Shown in pieces: positions 20,923 to 30,431 of a DNA stretch of 64,000 nucleotides; position 1 is the first letter of the stretch, and every line of letters begins with the position of its first letter. The notes under the pieces were generated by a model. The model was not told the origin of the DNA, did no database searches, and was given only the letters and a program-made list of their open reading frames with translations. The position numbers were made by a program, and so were the translations under genes. Location: assembly GCA_965277405.1 (NCBI GenBank), contig OZ255726.1:1152001-1216000 (forward strand), in the 5' to 3' direction. The DNA comes from Gammaproteobacteria bacterium (GTDB lineage: Bacteria > Pseudomonadota > Gammaproteobacteria > G965277405).

Positions 20923-22301
20923 CGAATTCTATGGCGCGTACCAGAGAAAACGGCACCTTGCTGGCGAGACTAATCGGTCTTGTTCTAGCGATTTCCTTGG
21001 CTGGGACTGGCGTGATTATCGGCTTTGTGCAGGACCAACCAGCGCAACAGGTCATCCTGTATGCCGTGGCAACATTGGCCCTGTCTGCATGGGCGTGGCG
21101 GTATTTTCTATTGCAGTTCCACAGTTTAGAACACAATGGTGGTTCGGTTGACGAACTAGGAGCGCTGCGCCTGACATGGAAAAAATACCGCTATGGTGCG
21201 CTCGGGGTTACGATTCTGTTGCTGAGCTTTATTACTCTGTCGCTGACAATCAACGGGTTCTTCAGTCTCTGGAGCGTCCTCTCTGCGCTGATTCTGCTGG
21301 TTATTCTGTTGGTGACACTAACCGTCGGGAAATTCGTTTCAGAAAACAAAAGTGCGTTTATTGGGCTTATGGTTCTGGTCGGGATGTTTTCAATAGGCTC
21401 TATGAATATCGAAGGGTTTTCTGCTGCGAACAACATCAAGTCGATGCTGTTGTTCGCGGCCTTCCTTGGGCTGGCCAGTGTCGGGCAAACACTCGTCGCT
21501 CTGCTAGGCGGGCTTGATTTGTCGATTCCGTTTGTGATCGGCTCGGCCAATGTTGGGCTGCTGTACATGATCAGCATCGGTGTTCCACCGTGGCTGGCAA
21601 CAATCCTAACGTTACTACTGGGGGCGATTGTTGGGGCGATCAACGGAATCATGAGCTTTCGCCTCCAGGGACAGGCGCTGATTTTGACACTTGGTATGGG
21701 GTTTGCGATTTCGGGAGGTACTCAGATACTGACATCAATCGGGACGGCATACAGCGGCAATGTGTTTGCAACTGTGCCAGGATGGCTTAGCAACCTGTCC
21801 GCCATGAATGGGAACACCTTTGGAATGTCATTCCCGCCAGTCATCGCCATATGGGTTTTGGTGGCGATAGTCCTAATAGTGGGCATGCGGCATACGGTTG
21901 CCGGTCGTTATTTGTATGCGCTGGGGGTCAACCGTGTTTCGGCAAGCCGCGTTTCGATATCAGAGCGGGTTTACTGGGTCGTGATGTATACCCTCAGCGG
22001 GTTCTTTTCAGCGATGACTGGTGCCTTGTTGCTGGGCTGGAGCGGCGGCGGATTTATCGGTGTCGGTGACAATTACCTGTTTATGACGCTAGCAGCAGTG
22101 GTTGTCGGGGGTACTTCGTTGCTGGGGGGGATAGGCGGCTATGGATTCACGGTGATTGGGGTGCTCGTACTACAGGTTCTAACGTCATTCCTTGTTGGTA
22201 TCGGGCTGAATTTTGAATGGCAGCAATTCATCTTTGGTCTGCTCATTCTACCGATGGTGGCGCTGTATGCGCGCTCACCTCACATACGCACACAGATTTA
22301 G
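20919..22301 (+). CDS. ABC transporter permease (RbsC-like) with N-terminal extension
   Basis: GQTLVALLGGLDLS, GRYLYALGVN, AAVVVGGTSLLGG; ATGA overlap with the previous gene. Confidence 0.87.
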   Translation: MTNSMARTRENGTLLARLIGLVLAISLAGTGVIIGFVQDQPAQQVILYAVATLALSAWAWRYFLLQFHSLEHNGGSVDELGALRLTWKKYRYGALGVTILLLSFITLSLTINGFFSLWSVLSALILLVILLVTLTVGKFVSENKSAFIGLMVLVGMFSIGSMNIEGFSAANNIKSMLLFAAFLGLASVGQTLVALLGGLDLSIPFVIGSANVGLLYMISIGVPPWLATILTLLLGAIVGAINGIMSFRLQGQALILTLGMGFAISGGTQILTSIGTAYSGNVFATVPGWLSNLSAMNGNTFGMSFPPVIAIWVLVAIVLIVGMRHTVAGRYLYALGVNRVSASRVSISERVYWVVMYTLSGFFSAMTGALLLGWSGGGFIGVGDNYLFMTLAAVVVGGTSLLGGIGGYGFTVIGVLVLQVLTSFLVGIGLNFEWQQFIFGLLILPMVALYARSPHIRTQI

Positions 22302-22350
22302 AAAAAACGCTTATGAAACATAGATATACTAGCAATATTGGGAGGACACT

Positions 22351-23109
22351 GTGAACCCTCCGATCCTTGCAACCATTGATCTAACTGGCGCCAGTTATTC
22401 TGCGACTCTTTTGGGCTTGATCGCCACAACAGTATTGCTGCTGATGGGAACTGGCTGGGTCGCACGGGGCTGGAAATTGCCAGTAACGCTGTGTGCCGTG
22501 GCAGCTCTTGTCGGGGCGCTGGCATTGTTTGAAGCCCGTCATGTATGGCTAATCACAGCCGAAGTGCCAATAGTTTATCACTATGTTGGCTGGTTTATTT
22601 CAATGCCGCTGCAAGTGATGGCCTTGTATTTTCTGGCGCGCCAAGTTGTGGCGTTATCGGTTGCGCTGTTTTGGCGTTTAATCGTTACTTCGATGCTGAT
22701 GATCCTAGTGCGATATCTAGGTGAGGCAGGTTTCATGCATGCAACGCTGGCATTTTTGATTGGTATTGTTTTCTGGCTGTATATTTTGGGCGAGCTTTTC
22801 TTCGGGCGGGCGAACGAAGCTATTTTTAAAAGCTCGAACCCCTGTATTCAGCGTGGATATTTCTGGTTACGGCTGATCGTGACCGTTGGCTGGGCGGTAT
22901 ACCCGCTTGGCAATTTCATCACTAGTTTCGGTGGCTATGTCGATCATGGCGGGTTGAGCGTTACCTATAATATTGCTGACTTCCTGAATCGGATGGCATT
23001 TGGGCTGGCTGTATTGGCAACCGCAATCTTTGCCGCCGCGGAGGATGTGGCATGCCTGGTGCCAAGTGCGGGTAACAAGAAAACTACACAACTGGAGAGA
23101 CGGCAATGA
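22351..23109 (+). CDS. Proteorhodopsin-like 7TM opsin lacking the retinal-binding lysine (flotillin-associated rhodopsin type)
   Basis: GGAGG SD plus GTG start; collinear with proteorhodopsin: PIVYHYVGWFISMPLQ (PTVFRYIDWLLTVPLL), YLGEAG, WLYILGEL, GWAVYPLG, YNIADFLNRMAFGL (YNLADFVNKILFGL). Confidence 0.88.
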   Translation: MNPPILATIDLTGASYSATLLGLIATTVLLLMGTGWVARGWKLPVTLCAVAALVGALALFEARHVWLITAEVPIVYHYVGWFISMPLQVMALYFLARQVVALSVALFWRLIVTSMLMILVRYLGEAGFMHATLAFLIGIVFWLYILGELFFGRANEAIFKSSNPCIQRGYFWLRLIVTVGWAVYPLGNFITSFGGYVDHGGLSVTYNIADFLNRMAFGLAVLATAIFAAAEDVACLVPSAGNKKTTQLERRQ

Positions 23110-24809
23110 ACGGAGCAGACATCATCGCAATCATTATTCTGGCGGCAATAGTTATTGCCGTACTCGCCTATCTTCTTCACTGGCTTTACCGCCATTCCAG
23201 CAAGGACATCTCTTTTGTGCGAACTGGATTTCGTGGTGAAAAAATCATCATGGGTGGTGGAGCATTGGTGCTGCCAATCGTACATGACCTGACTGAAGTC
23301 AACATGAACACGCTGCGTCTGGAAGTGCTCCGGGCGCGTGAGAAATCATTGATCACCAAGGATCGGATGCGGATTGAGCTGGAAGTCGAGTTTTACGTAC
23401 GTGTCATCCCGACTAAAGACGCAGTAGCAACTGCAGCTCGCACATTGGGCAAGCGCACGATGAACCCAGAAAGCCTGCGTGATCTCATTCAAGGACGCTT
23501 TGTCGATGCAATGGGAGCGGTTGCTGCATCCATGGCAATGGAAGAAATTCACGAAAACCGATCGACATTCATCAAGGCAATTCGAACCGAGGTTGCCGAC
23601 AGTCTGAGCATGAACGGACTGGAGCTAGAAACAGTTTCGCTAACTTCGCTTGAGCAAACCGATATCAAGCTATTTAACCCATCAAATGCTTTCGACGCAG
23701 AGGGTCTGACCCGCCTGACCGAGGAAATCGAAAAGCGCAAGAAAAAACGTAATGACATCGAGCAGGACACCATGATCGCGATTCGCGAGAAAAATTTGGA
23801 GGCGGAAAAACTCACTTTGAATATCCAGCGCGACAGCGAATACGCCCGCCTTGCCGAAGACAGCGAAGTAGCGATGCGCCGGGCTGAGCAAAAGACTAAA
23901 GTCGAACAAATGAACGCCGCTAAAGAGCGTGAGATTGAGATAGCAAGACTTATCGAGCGTGAAGAAGTCGAGTGTCGCCGTATCCAGATGGAACAAAAAC
24001 TTGAGGCCATGGAAATCAAACGTCAGGAGGCCCGCGAACTTGATGAGCAACAACGCGAGATCGCAGTATCTATTAAATCCAAGGAACGCTCTGAGGCGCA
24101 GGTGCAAGCGGAAACTACCCGTGCAACAATGATGGAAGCACGGGAAAAAACCCACACTGTGCGTGACATGGAAATAGCAAACCGACTCAAAATGGTAGAG
24201 TTGGTTGCTGCCGAGAAGGAGGCCGAGCGTCAGGCAATCGGTGTCAAAACGCAGGCTGAAGCGGAAAAGTCAGCCGCATTAGATCGAGCGGAGGCAGACC
24301 GGATTGCGGTTGCGGCATTGCAACAACGGCTTGCCGTTGAGGCCGAAGGCAAGCGCGCGCTTAATGTGGCAGAAAACCTACGTTCGGATGCCAGCCGTAA
24401 AAGCGCGCTGCACCAGCGTCTGGTGGAAAATCTGCCCGATATAATCCGCGAAAGCGTCAAGCCGATGGAAAAAATCAACGAAATCAAGATTGTCCATGTC
24501 GAAGGACTGCCTGGTCTATCCCGCGGCGGTAGCAACGATGGCTCAAGCAACGCAGATGGTAGTGCCCCACGCGACGGCAATCTTGCCGATCAGGTGGTGA
24601 ATTCGGCCTTGCGATATCGTGCGCAGGCGCCGTTTGTCGACACGCTGCTAGGAGATATCGGCATGTCTGGTGAAAACATCCACCGGATGGAAGGTCTACA
24701 GGACTTATCCAAGATTATCTATACCGAACCCAGCGGAGCAAAACCTGCTGAACCTGCGCAGCCTAAAGTAAAAAAAACAAATAATCTTGCAAATAATCTT
24801 GCAGAATAG
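23106..24809 (+). CDS. Flotillin/SPFH (band 7) family protein
   Basis: N-terminal TM, FVRTGFRGEK...GGALVLP, LITKDRMR..VEFYVRV, LELETVSLT, FNPSNAFDAEGL, Ala/Glu coiled coil, LPDIIRESVKPMEKI. Confidence 0.93.
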   Translation: MNGADIIAIIILAAIVIAVLAYLLHWLYRHSSKDISFVRTGFRGEKIIMGGGALVLPIVHDLTEVNMNTLRLEVLRAREKSLITKDRMRIELEVEFYVRVIPTKDAVATAARTLGKRTMNPESLRDLIQGRFVDAMGAVAASMAMEEIHENRSTFIKAIRTEVADSLSMNGLELETVSLTSLEQTDIKLFNPSNAFDAEGLTRLTEEIEKRKKKRNDIEQDTMIAIREKNLEAEKLTLNIQRDSEYARLAEDSEVAMRRAEQKTKVEQMNAAKEREIEIARLIEREEVECRRIQMEQKLEAMEIKRQEARELDEQQREIAVSIKSKERSEAQVQAETTRATMMEAREKTHTVRDMEIANRLKMVELVAAEKEAERQAIGVKTQAEAEKSAALDRAEADRIAVAALQQRLAVEAEGKRALNVAENLRSDASRKSALHQRLVENLPDIIRESVKPMEKINEIKIVHVEGLPGLSRGGSNDGSSNADGSAPRDGNLADQVVNSALRYRAQAPFVDTLLGDIGMSGENIHRMEGLQDLSKIIYTEPSGAKPAEPAQPKVKKTNNLANNLAE

Positions 24810-24853
24810 GCTGGCTCTGCCTGTTCTGAAAGACTGACAAGGAGGCAATCAAG

Positions 24854-25279
24854 TTGGAAACATCACAAAAAATTGAACGTGGTATCATTGTATTCTGTAA
24901 CTGGACGGTGTTCGGACTGGTCGGGCTCGGTTTGCTGATGGAAGGCGGTGCGCGCGACAGTTTTTTGCTTGGATCGGTCGGGGTCGGCAGCATCATCGTC
25001 GGATTTTCTGGTCATATCTTAGTTAATTCAATTTTCCAACAATCCTTTACCTTGGGTGAGACGGTGCTAGGGCTGGGATTGTTCGCAATATTTGTACTGA
25101 CATTTATTGCATTATGGATTGGTGGAGGGTTATCGAGGGTAGATTTTAATATAGGGCTGAGTCTGTTGGCAGTCCTTGTGGCCGAGTTCTTGGTGTATGT
25201 GATCAGCCGCTATGGCTTGCGCGGCGCGTTCAAGCGCTTTGACGTTATCCCGACAACTGGGTTAGGAAACGGGAAATGA
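24854..25279 (+). CDS. Small 4-TM membrane protein of unknown function
   Basis: AGGAGG SD plus TTG start; four hydrophobic segments; ATGA overlap with the next gene. Confidence 0.75.
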   Translation: METSQKIERGIIVFCNWTVFGLVGLGLLMEGGARDSFLLGSVGVGSIIVGFSGHILVNSIFQQSFTLGETVLGLGLFAIFVLTFIALWIGGGLSRVDFNIGLSLLAVLVAEFLVYVISRYGLRGAFKRFDVIPTTGLGNGK

Positions 25280-27231
25280 GCCAGTCTGACCCTAAGGTAT
25301 GGTTGGCGCTGTATTTTCTGGTCTACTGCGCCTTGTCCCTATTTTGGGCACGCCGGTCTGCTTTACTCAATGATGGTCCTGCGGGATTCTTTGTGGCGAA
25401 TAATGCTCTGCCAGTCTGGGTCGTGGCATTGGTCATGACAGGGGCCAGTCTGTCGGGCTGGGTAGTGCTAGGTTTTCCAGAAATAATTGCAACGCAAGGA
25501 TTTGGTTTTGCCATGCTTGGGTTGGCAGGAATTATCTTGCCGCTTGCTGGGGTGTTGTTTTTCAAACGTCAGTGGCTGCTGGGGCGGCATTTTAGCATAT
25601 CCAGTCAGGGCGTCCTGTTTACTCGGCATTTCGGTGGCTGGGGTCTTTCGGTGATTTCAGCGGGTATTGCCGTAGTGTTTGCCATAGGGTTCAGCGGCAT
25701 GCAGCTGCGAGCATTAGGGGGTATTCTGGCGCAGGCTTCTGGGGACATGTTAAATGCTGCGACCATCATCTGGGCCATTTCATTATTGCTATTCTCCTAT
25801 GTGGTGATCGGTGGAATGCGCGCAATTGGCTATCTTGGTGCCATGCAAACGGTTTTAATTGGGCTGTTTATAGTCGGGCTAACTGTTTTGCTGCTGGTAA
25901 CCTCGGATGGTTTTTCTGCTTTGAACCAGCATCTTGCGGCAATATCGCAGTCTGGCAAGGCGCAGCAAACCAATCTATTTCAGGTAGCAGGCGTCATTCA
26001 GTTTACCGCTGGTATTGGCCTTGAAAACCCAGTGGGTGGCCAATGGAGCGCGGTGATGATTTTGAGCACTGCAATGACGCTGATGGGGTTTCAGGCCAGT
26101 CCAATGGCCACCCAGTTAATTTTGAGCGCGCGCGGTGCGAACGGGCTTGCGGCCGGACAGACATGGGTGATGGCAGCTGTTTTTGGTGGATTTGTAGTCT
26201 TTGGAGTTATTCTAATCGGTGCACAAGGTCTGGTTGCAGGTGACAGCACCGTGTTGGGGAGCATGCTGGCGCAGTTGGGGTTTGATTCTCCTTGGTTTAT
26301 GGCCTCACTATCATTAGGGGCCGTTGCGGCGGTACAAATTGTAGCGGGTCTCAGCCTGTTGAGTGCAGCCACGGCATTGGTATGCGACATCTACATTCCT
26401 TTTTTTCATAAAGGACTGGGAGCGACCCGCGCAGTTTTGCTGGCCCGCATTCTTGTTGGGTTATTACTGTTGACTTCGATTCTTCTTGCCTTGTTGGACC
26501 CGGTCAGTCTCTCGTCTATCGGCGCGATTGCCTTGCCGATCGCATTTCAACTCTGGCCTGCCTTGCTTGGTCTGTGCTGGTTGCGCTGGATCAGCCGTCA
26601 AGCTGCCACGGCAGGAGTCGTAATCGGAATTTTAGCGGTGTTGGTGACAGATAAGCTGGGTGGTGATGTGCTTGGTTTTCTTGGACTTAATCTGCCATGG
26701 GGACGATGGCCTTGGACGATTCACTCGGCTGCGTGGGGGATGTTTTTCAATCTTCTGGCTGTTGTCACGATTTCGGCAATCACCTTGGGACGTGGACATT
26801 CTGCAACTGCGCCGCAAATGTGGGACTTTCTACGCCAACACGCTCCAGTTAGTGTTGAAGCCCGCGCGCTGAAAGCTGTGGGCTGGTCGGTAATTCTGGC
26901 ATGGTTTTTTCTGGCACTTGGTCCTGGTATAGTGCTGGCAAATCAGGCGTTTGGTACGGCTGGCGCAGGAATTGCAGGCTGGCGTGTCACAATGCCGTCG
27001 CTTTGGGCGTGGTCCCTTGTGTTCTGGGTGCTGGGCGTGTTGCTGATCTGGTTTCTGTCTTATCGACTGGAATTGGCGACTGCCCCCACCAAGGACATTC
27101 CACTGGCGGTAGATCAGCCCCGCCTACCAGCTACCAACACTCGTATGCAGGAGGGCGAGCTGGTTCGCCTCGTTCGCACTGTTGCAATCATTGCCAGTGG
27201 CATTGCACTCGTCGTCTGGATTTTCGGCTGA
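25276..27231 (+). CDS. Sodium:solute symporter family protein
   Basis: >12 TMs, FFVANNALP.W, SLSGW...G.P, YVVIGGMRA, DIYIP. Confidence 0.85.
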   Translation: MSQSDPKVWLALYFLVYCALSLFWARRSALLNDGPAGFFVANNALPVWVVALVMTGASLSGWVVLGFPEIIATQGFGFAMLGLAGIILPLAGVLFFKRQWLLGRHFSISSQGVLFTRHFGGWGLSVISAGIAVVFAIGFSGMQLRALGGILAQASGDMLNAATIIWAISLLLFSYVVIGGMRAIGYLGAMQTVLIGLFIVGLTVLLLVTSDGFSALNQHLAAISQSGKAQQTNLFQVAGVIQFTAGIGLENPVGGQWSAVMILSTAMTLMGFQASPMATQLILSARGANGLAAGQTWVMAAVFGGFVVFGVILIGAQGLVAGDSTVLGSMLAQLGFDSPWFMASLSLGAVAAVQIVAGLSLLSAATALVCDIYIPFFHKGLGATRAVLLARILVGLLLLTSILLALLDPVSLSSIGAIALPIAFQLWPALLGLCWLRWISRQAATAGVVIGILAVLVTDKLGGDVLGFLGLNLPWGRWPWTIHSAAWGMFFNLLAVVTISAITLGRGHSATAPQMWDFLRQHAPVSVEARALKAVGWSVILAWFFLALGPGIVLANQAFGTAGAGIAGWRVTMPSLWAWSLVFWVLGVLLIWFLSYRLELATAPTKDIPLAVDQPRLPATNTRMQEGELVRLVRTVAIIASGIALVVWIFG

Positions 27232-27252
27232 TTGTAAAATGAGAGAAACCAT

Positions 27253-28410
27253 ATGAATCCTTTTGTCTTCAACACATCACCCAGCATCCGCTTTGGTGCT
27301 GGTCAGCTGTCGCAGCTTGGTGAAATCGTCAAAGCCGAGATCGGCGATCACATTCTGTTAGTGACGGATCATGGAATAATCGCGACTGGCATCGTAGATC
27401 GTGCCCTCGCAGCATTGAATTCTGCTGGCATTGAAGTCACGGTGTTCAGCGATGTGCAGGCCGACCCGCCTGAAACAATTGTATTGCAGGCAACCCAGGC
27501 TGCAATCAACTCTGAGGTCCAAGGCATTGTCGGCCTTGGCGGGGGTTCTTCCCTTGATGTTGCCAAGTTGGCTGCCCTGCTCGCACTGGGTCGGGAGGAG
27601 TTGAAGGATGCCTATGGCATTGGCAACGCTATTGGACCGCGCCTGCCACTAATCCTTGTTCCAACCACCGCCGGTACTGGGTCCGAAGTGACGCCTATCT
27701 CTATTGTAACTACAGGTGCTTGCGAAAAGATGGGGGTGGTTTCACCCGTGATACTGCCTGATATCGCGCTGCTAGACCCAGACCTGACGCTGGGTTTGCC
27801 TGCGCATATTACTGCGGCCACCGGCATTGATGCCATGGTGCATGCGATCGAGTCCTATGCCTCGGCCAGTTCAAATAACAACCCTATATCCCGCAATCTA
27901 GCGACACAAGCATTACGCCTGATGGGGGGAGCACTCGAGACTACCGTACATAACGGTAGTAATGTCGAGGCCCGCGCCAATATGCTGCTAGGTTCGATGC
28001 TAGCGGGTCAAGCATTTGCCAATTCGCCTGTTGCCGCGGTTCACGCGCTTGCATATCCTATCGGCGGGTATTTTCATGTTCCGCATGGTTTATCCAATGC
28101 GCTGGTACTGCCTCATGTGCTGCGCTTCAACACTAAAGTCGCGCCACAGCCTTACGCTGAAATGGCACCTTATGCCTTTCCTGATCTGGCACGACTGCAA
28201 GGACAAGAACTCGCCGAAGCATTCTGCGATGCTATGGAGGATCTTTCAAAACGCTGCGGATTGCAACAAACACTTCGCGAAATGGATATACCTCGTGATT
28301 TCCTGCCAAAACTGGCCAGTGCCGCAATGAACCAGACCAGATTGCTGGTCAATAACCCACGGAAAGTCCACGAGGTTGATGCGCTCTCAATTTATGAAGC
28401 CGCCTGGTAA
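27253..28410 (+). CDS. Iron-containing alcohol dehydrogenase, BlcB/AttL-like (4-hydroxybutyrate dehydrogenase-like)
   Basis: GLGGGSSLD, PTTAGTGSEVT, GIDAMVHAIE, HALAY, HVPHGLSN. Confidence 0.9.
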   Translation: MNPFVFNTSPSIRFGAGQLSQLGEIVKAEIGDHILLVTDHGIIATGIVDRALAALNSAGIEVTVFSDVQADPPETIVLQATQAAINSEVQGIVGLGGGSSLDVAKLAALLALGREELKDAYGIGNAIGPRLPLILVPTTAGTGSEVTPISIVTTGACEKMGVVSPVILPDIALLDPDLTLGLPAHITAATGIDAMVHAIESYASASSNNNPISRNLATQALRLMGGALETTVHNGSNVEARANMLLGSMLAGQAFANSPVAAVHALAYPIGGYFHVPHGLSNALVLPHVLRFNTKVAPQPYAEMAPYAFPDLARLQGQELAEAFCDAMEDLSKRCGLQQTLREMDIPRDFLPKLASAAMNQTRLLVNNPRKVHEVDALSIYEAAW

Positions 28411-28769
28411 CGCCGTATTGAAAGGGTCTGTGGGCGCAGCTCACTCGCCATAAACTGATGTGAGATCACTATGTCAACAATATATACCAAACTGACCGCT
28501 GGCAACAATACCAGTATTTAGTCTCAGCAAAAAAAACCCTATTTTCGAGAAATTCTATCTTTGAGTCCAGTTAAATTAGGGCTAGCATTTCCTGTTTTTG
28601 TCGTAAACTCGTACTTTTTTTATAGATATTGACTCAAAAAGCGTGAATTTGTGCTCTGAAATGTCCGCTAGAAGCACGTTCCCCTTTTTTAGTTTGCTAA
28701 AATTTAGGCTACTATTCTGAGCTTCCTCTTTTCAATTTTTCTTTTTCTTGGTTTAATATTTCCCTGCTA

Positions 28770-29740
28770 TGCGCTTAACAGGTCGTTCGTTGATCTATTG
28801 ATGAACTTCGTTTTGCTGTGTTTTGCGCAACGTGGGGCGTTGCGCTCAATTCACGGCATTGCTTGGCATTGCTTGACAAGGCCTTTGGTGTCGTATTTCT
28901 TGTCCGCTGCCAATGTCACTTGGCGATTTCCTGGAATATTGGCTAGCATTTCTATCGCAGCATCGGTTGCAGCGGTGCCGCTGAACTGTTTGCTATGTGC
29001 GTCTACCACCAAACCATTGCGGTCCTCAATCATAATATTGCCCACGTAACACGGTATTGCCGCTTGGCCTTGGCTTTTCTTGCCAAAGCGCGCTTCTGGA
29101 TCTGTGGTAGATTGGTGGGTAGCGCGGTGGCGTTTCTTGCCTTTAACATCAATCCGTTTGTTGCTGCTGCCATAATTGTGGTCATCGTCGTCTTTCATGT
29201 GGAAGCTTTTCACTGATGCCAGCGCGTATAGTAATGTTCCATCCACACTGAAATGTTCGTCTGCAAGAAGACCTGCTGTTTCAGCCTGTTGTTTGATGCG
29301 AATGAAAAACTTAACAGCAGTATTTCCCGCAAGAAGACGATCGCGGTTTTTGGTGACGGTTGAGTGATTCCAAATACCATCATCCATACAAAAACCGACA
29401 AACCAACGGAACATCAGGTTATAGCCAATTTGCTCCATCAACGCACGTTCGCTGCGGATCGTGAAAAGCGCCATCAACAACTGGGCACGCAATAATTTCT
29501 CTGGTGGTATACCTGCTCGTCAGCTTGGGGCATACAAAGTATTGAAGTGGCCGTTCATCTCCTACAACGCCACATCGACCATTTTCTTGATATGGAGAAT
29601 TGGGTGATTTTGGGGTACTGCGCTTGCAGCGATAGGGTGCTGAACATTCTAGCTTGGGTGAAATCAGTTCCTCGTATCGAATTATCTCAGGAAAATAAAC
29701 ATTATACCTTATTAAGGAAGGGGTGTGTTTTTCAACAGCC
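28770..29740 (-). pseudogene. IS5-family transposase pseudogene with left IR
   Basis: IRSERALMEQIGYNLMFRWFVG, KNRDRLL, HFSVDGTL, HQSTTDPEAR, ADKKYD; frameshifted 5' part, truncated 3' part; IR GGCTGTTGAAAAA ends at 29740 next to TTAG. Confidence 0.85.
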
Positions 29741-29846
29741 TTAGCAAAGCATTTGAACGTTGACTACTAGAATAATATTTCTTAGCATAAACTTCTTGTG
29801 TATCAAGGAATAACCCCCAATAATATAGGAACTTCTGATTAAGACC

Positions 29847-30431
29847 ATGATTACGATTACTGACGCAGCGCAAACATATTTGCAGCAATTACTCGATAAA
29901 CAAGATGTCCAAGACATTGCCGTGCGTTTATTCGTGCATAATCCAGGCACATTTACCGCAGAAACATGTTTGGCATATTGTAAGCCTGGTGAGGAGCAAG
30001 CAACAGATACTCGCATCGATGACTTGATGTTTACGGTCTACCTCGATGCGCCGAGTCTACCATATCTAAAAGATACAGCTGTTGACTTTGATAGCGACCA
30101 AATGGGTGGACAGTTGACCATCAAAGCACCAAATGCCAAACTTCCTCAAGTCGATGAGAACAGCGCAGTTGCCGATCAAGTCCGCTATGTATTATTCAAC
30201 GACATCAATCCAGGTCTAGCCGCACACGGAGGAATGGTGCAGTTAATTGAAATGAAAGAAAACGATACTATTGCTGTACTCCAATTTGGTGGTGGCTGCC
30301 AAGGCTGCGGGATGATCGACACAACACTGCAACATGGAGTTGAAACGATGATTAAAGAAAAAGTTCCGCAAATTGTTGCCATTCAAGACATTACTGACCA
30401 CAGTCAAGCAGACAATGCCTATTTTTCATAA
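29847..30431 (+). CDS. nfuA: Fe/S biogenesis protein NfuA
   Basis: MITITDAAQ, PGT..AETCLAYC, GGQLTIKAPNAK, INPGLAAHGG, FGGGCQGC. Confidence 0.96.
   Translation: MITITDAAQTYLQQLLDKQDVQDIAVRLFVHNPGTFTAETCLAYCKPGEEQATDTRIDDLMFTVYLDAPSLPYLKDTAVDFDSDQMGGQLTIKAPNAKLPQVDENSAVADQVRYVLFNDINPGLAAHGGMVQLIEMKENDTIAVLQFGGGCQGCGMIDTTLQHGVETMIKEKVPQIVAIQDITDHSQADNAYFS

Larger units (their letters stand above)
12979..28520. mobile_element. Putative horizontally acquired catabolic island
   Basis: Visibly GC-richer codon usage than the backbone, IS5 remnants on both sides, ~2 kb downstream of tRNA-Pro; no integrase or att duplication seen. Confidence 0.65.

Noticed and set aside
22351-23109. Functional light-driven proton pump
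   Set aside because: The Schiff-base Lys, proton acceptor Asp and donor Glu are all substituted
28520-28770. AT-rich stretch possibly the 3' end of a further IS
   Set aside because: No partner IR or recognisable transposase motif could be established by eye
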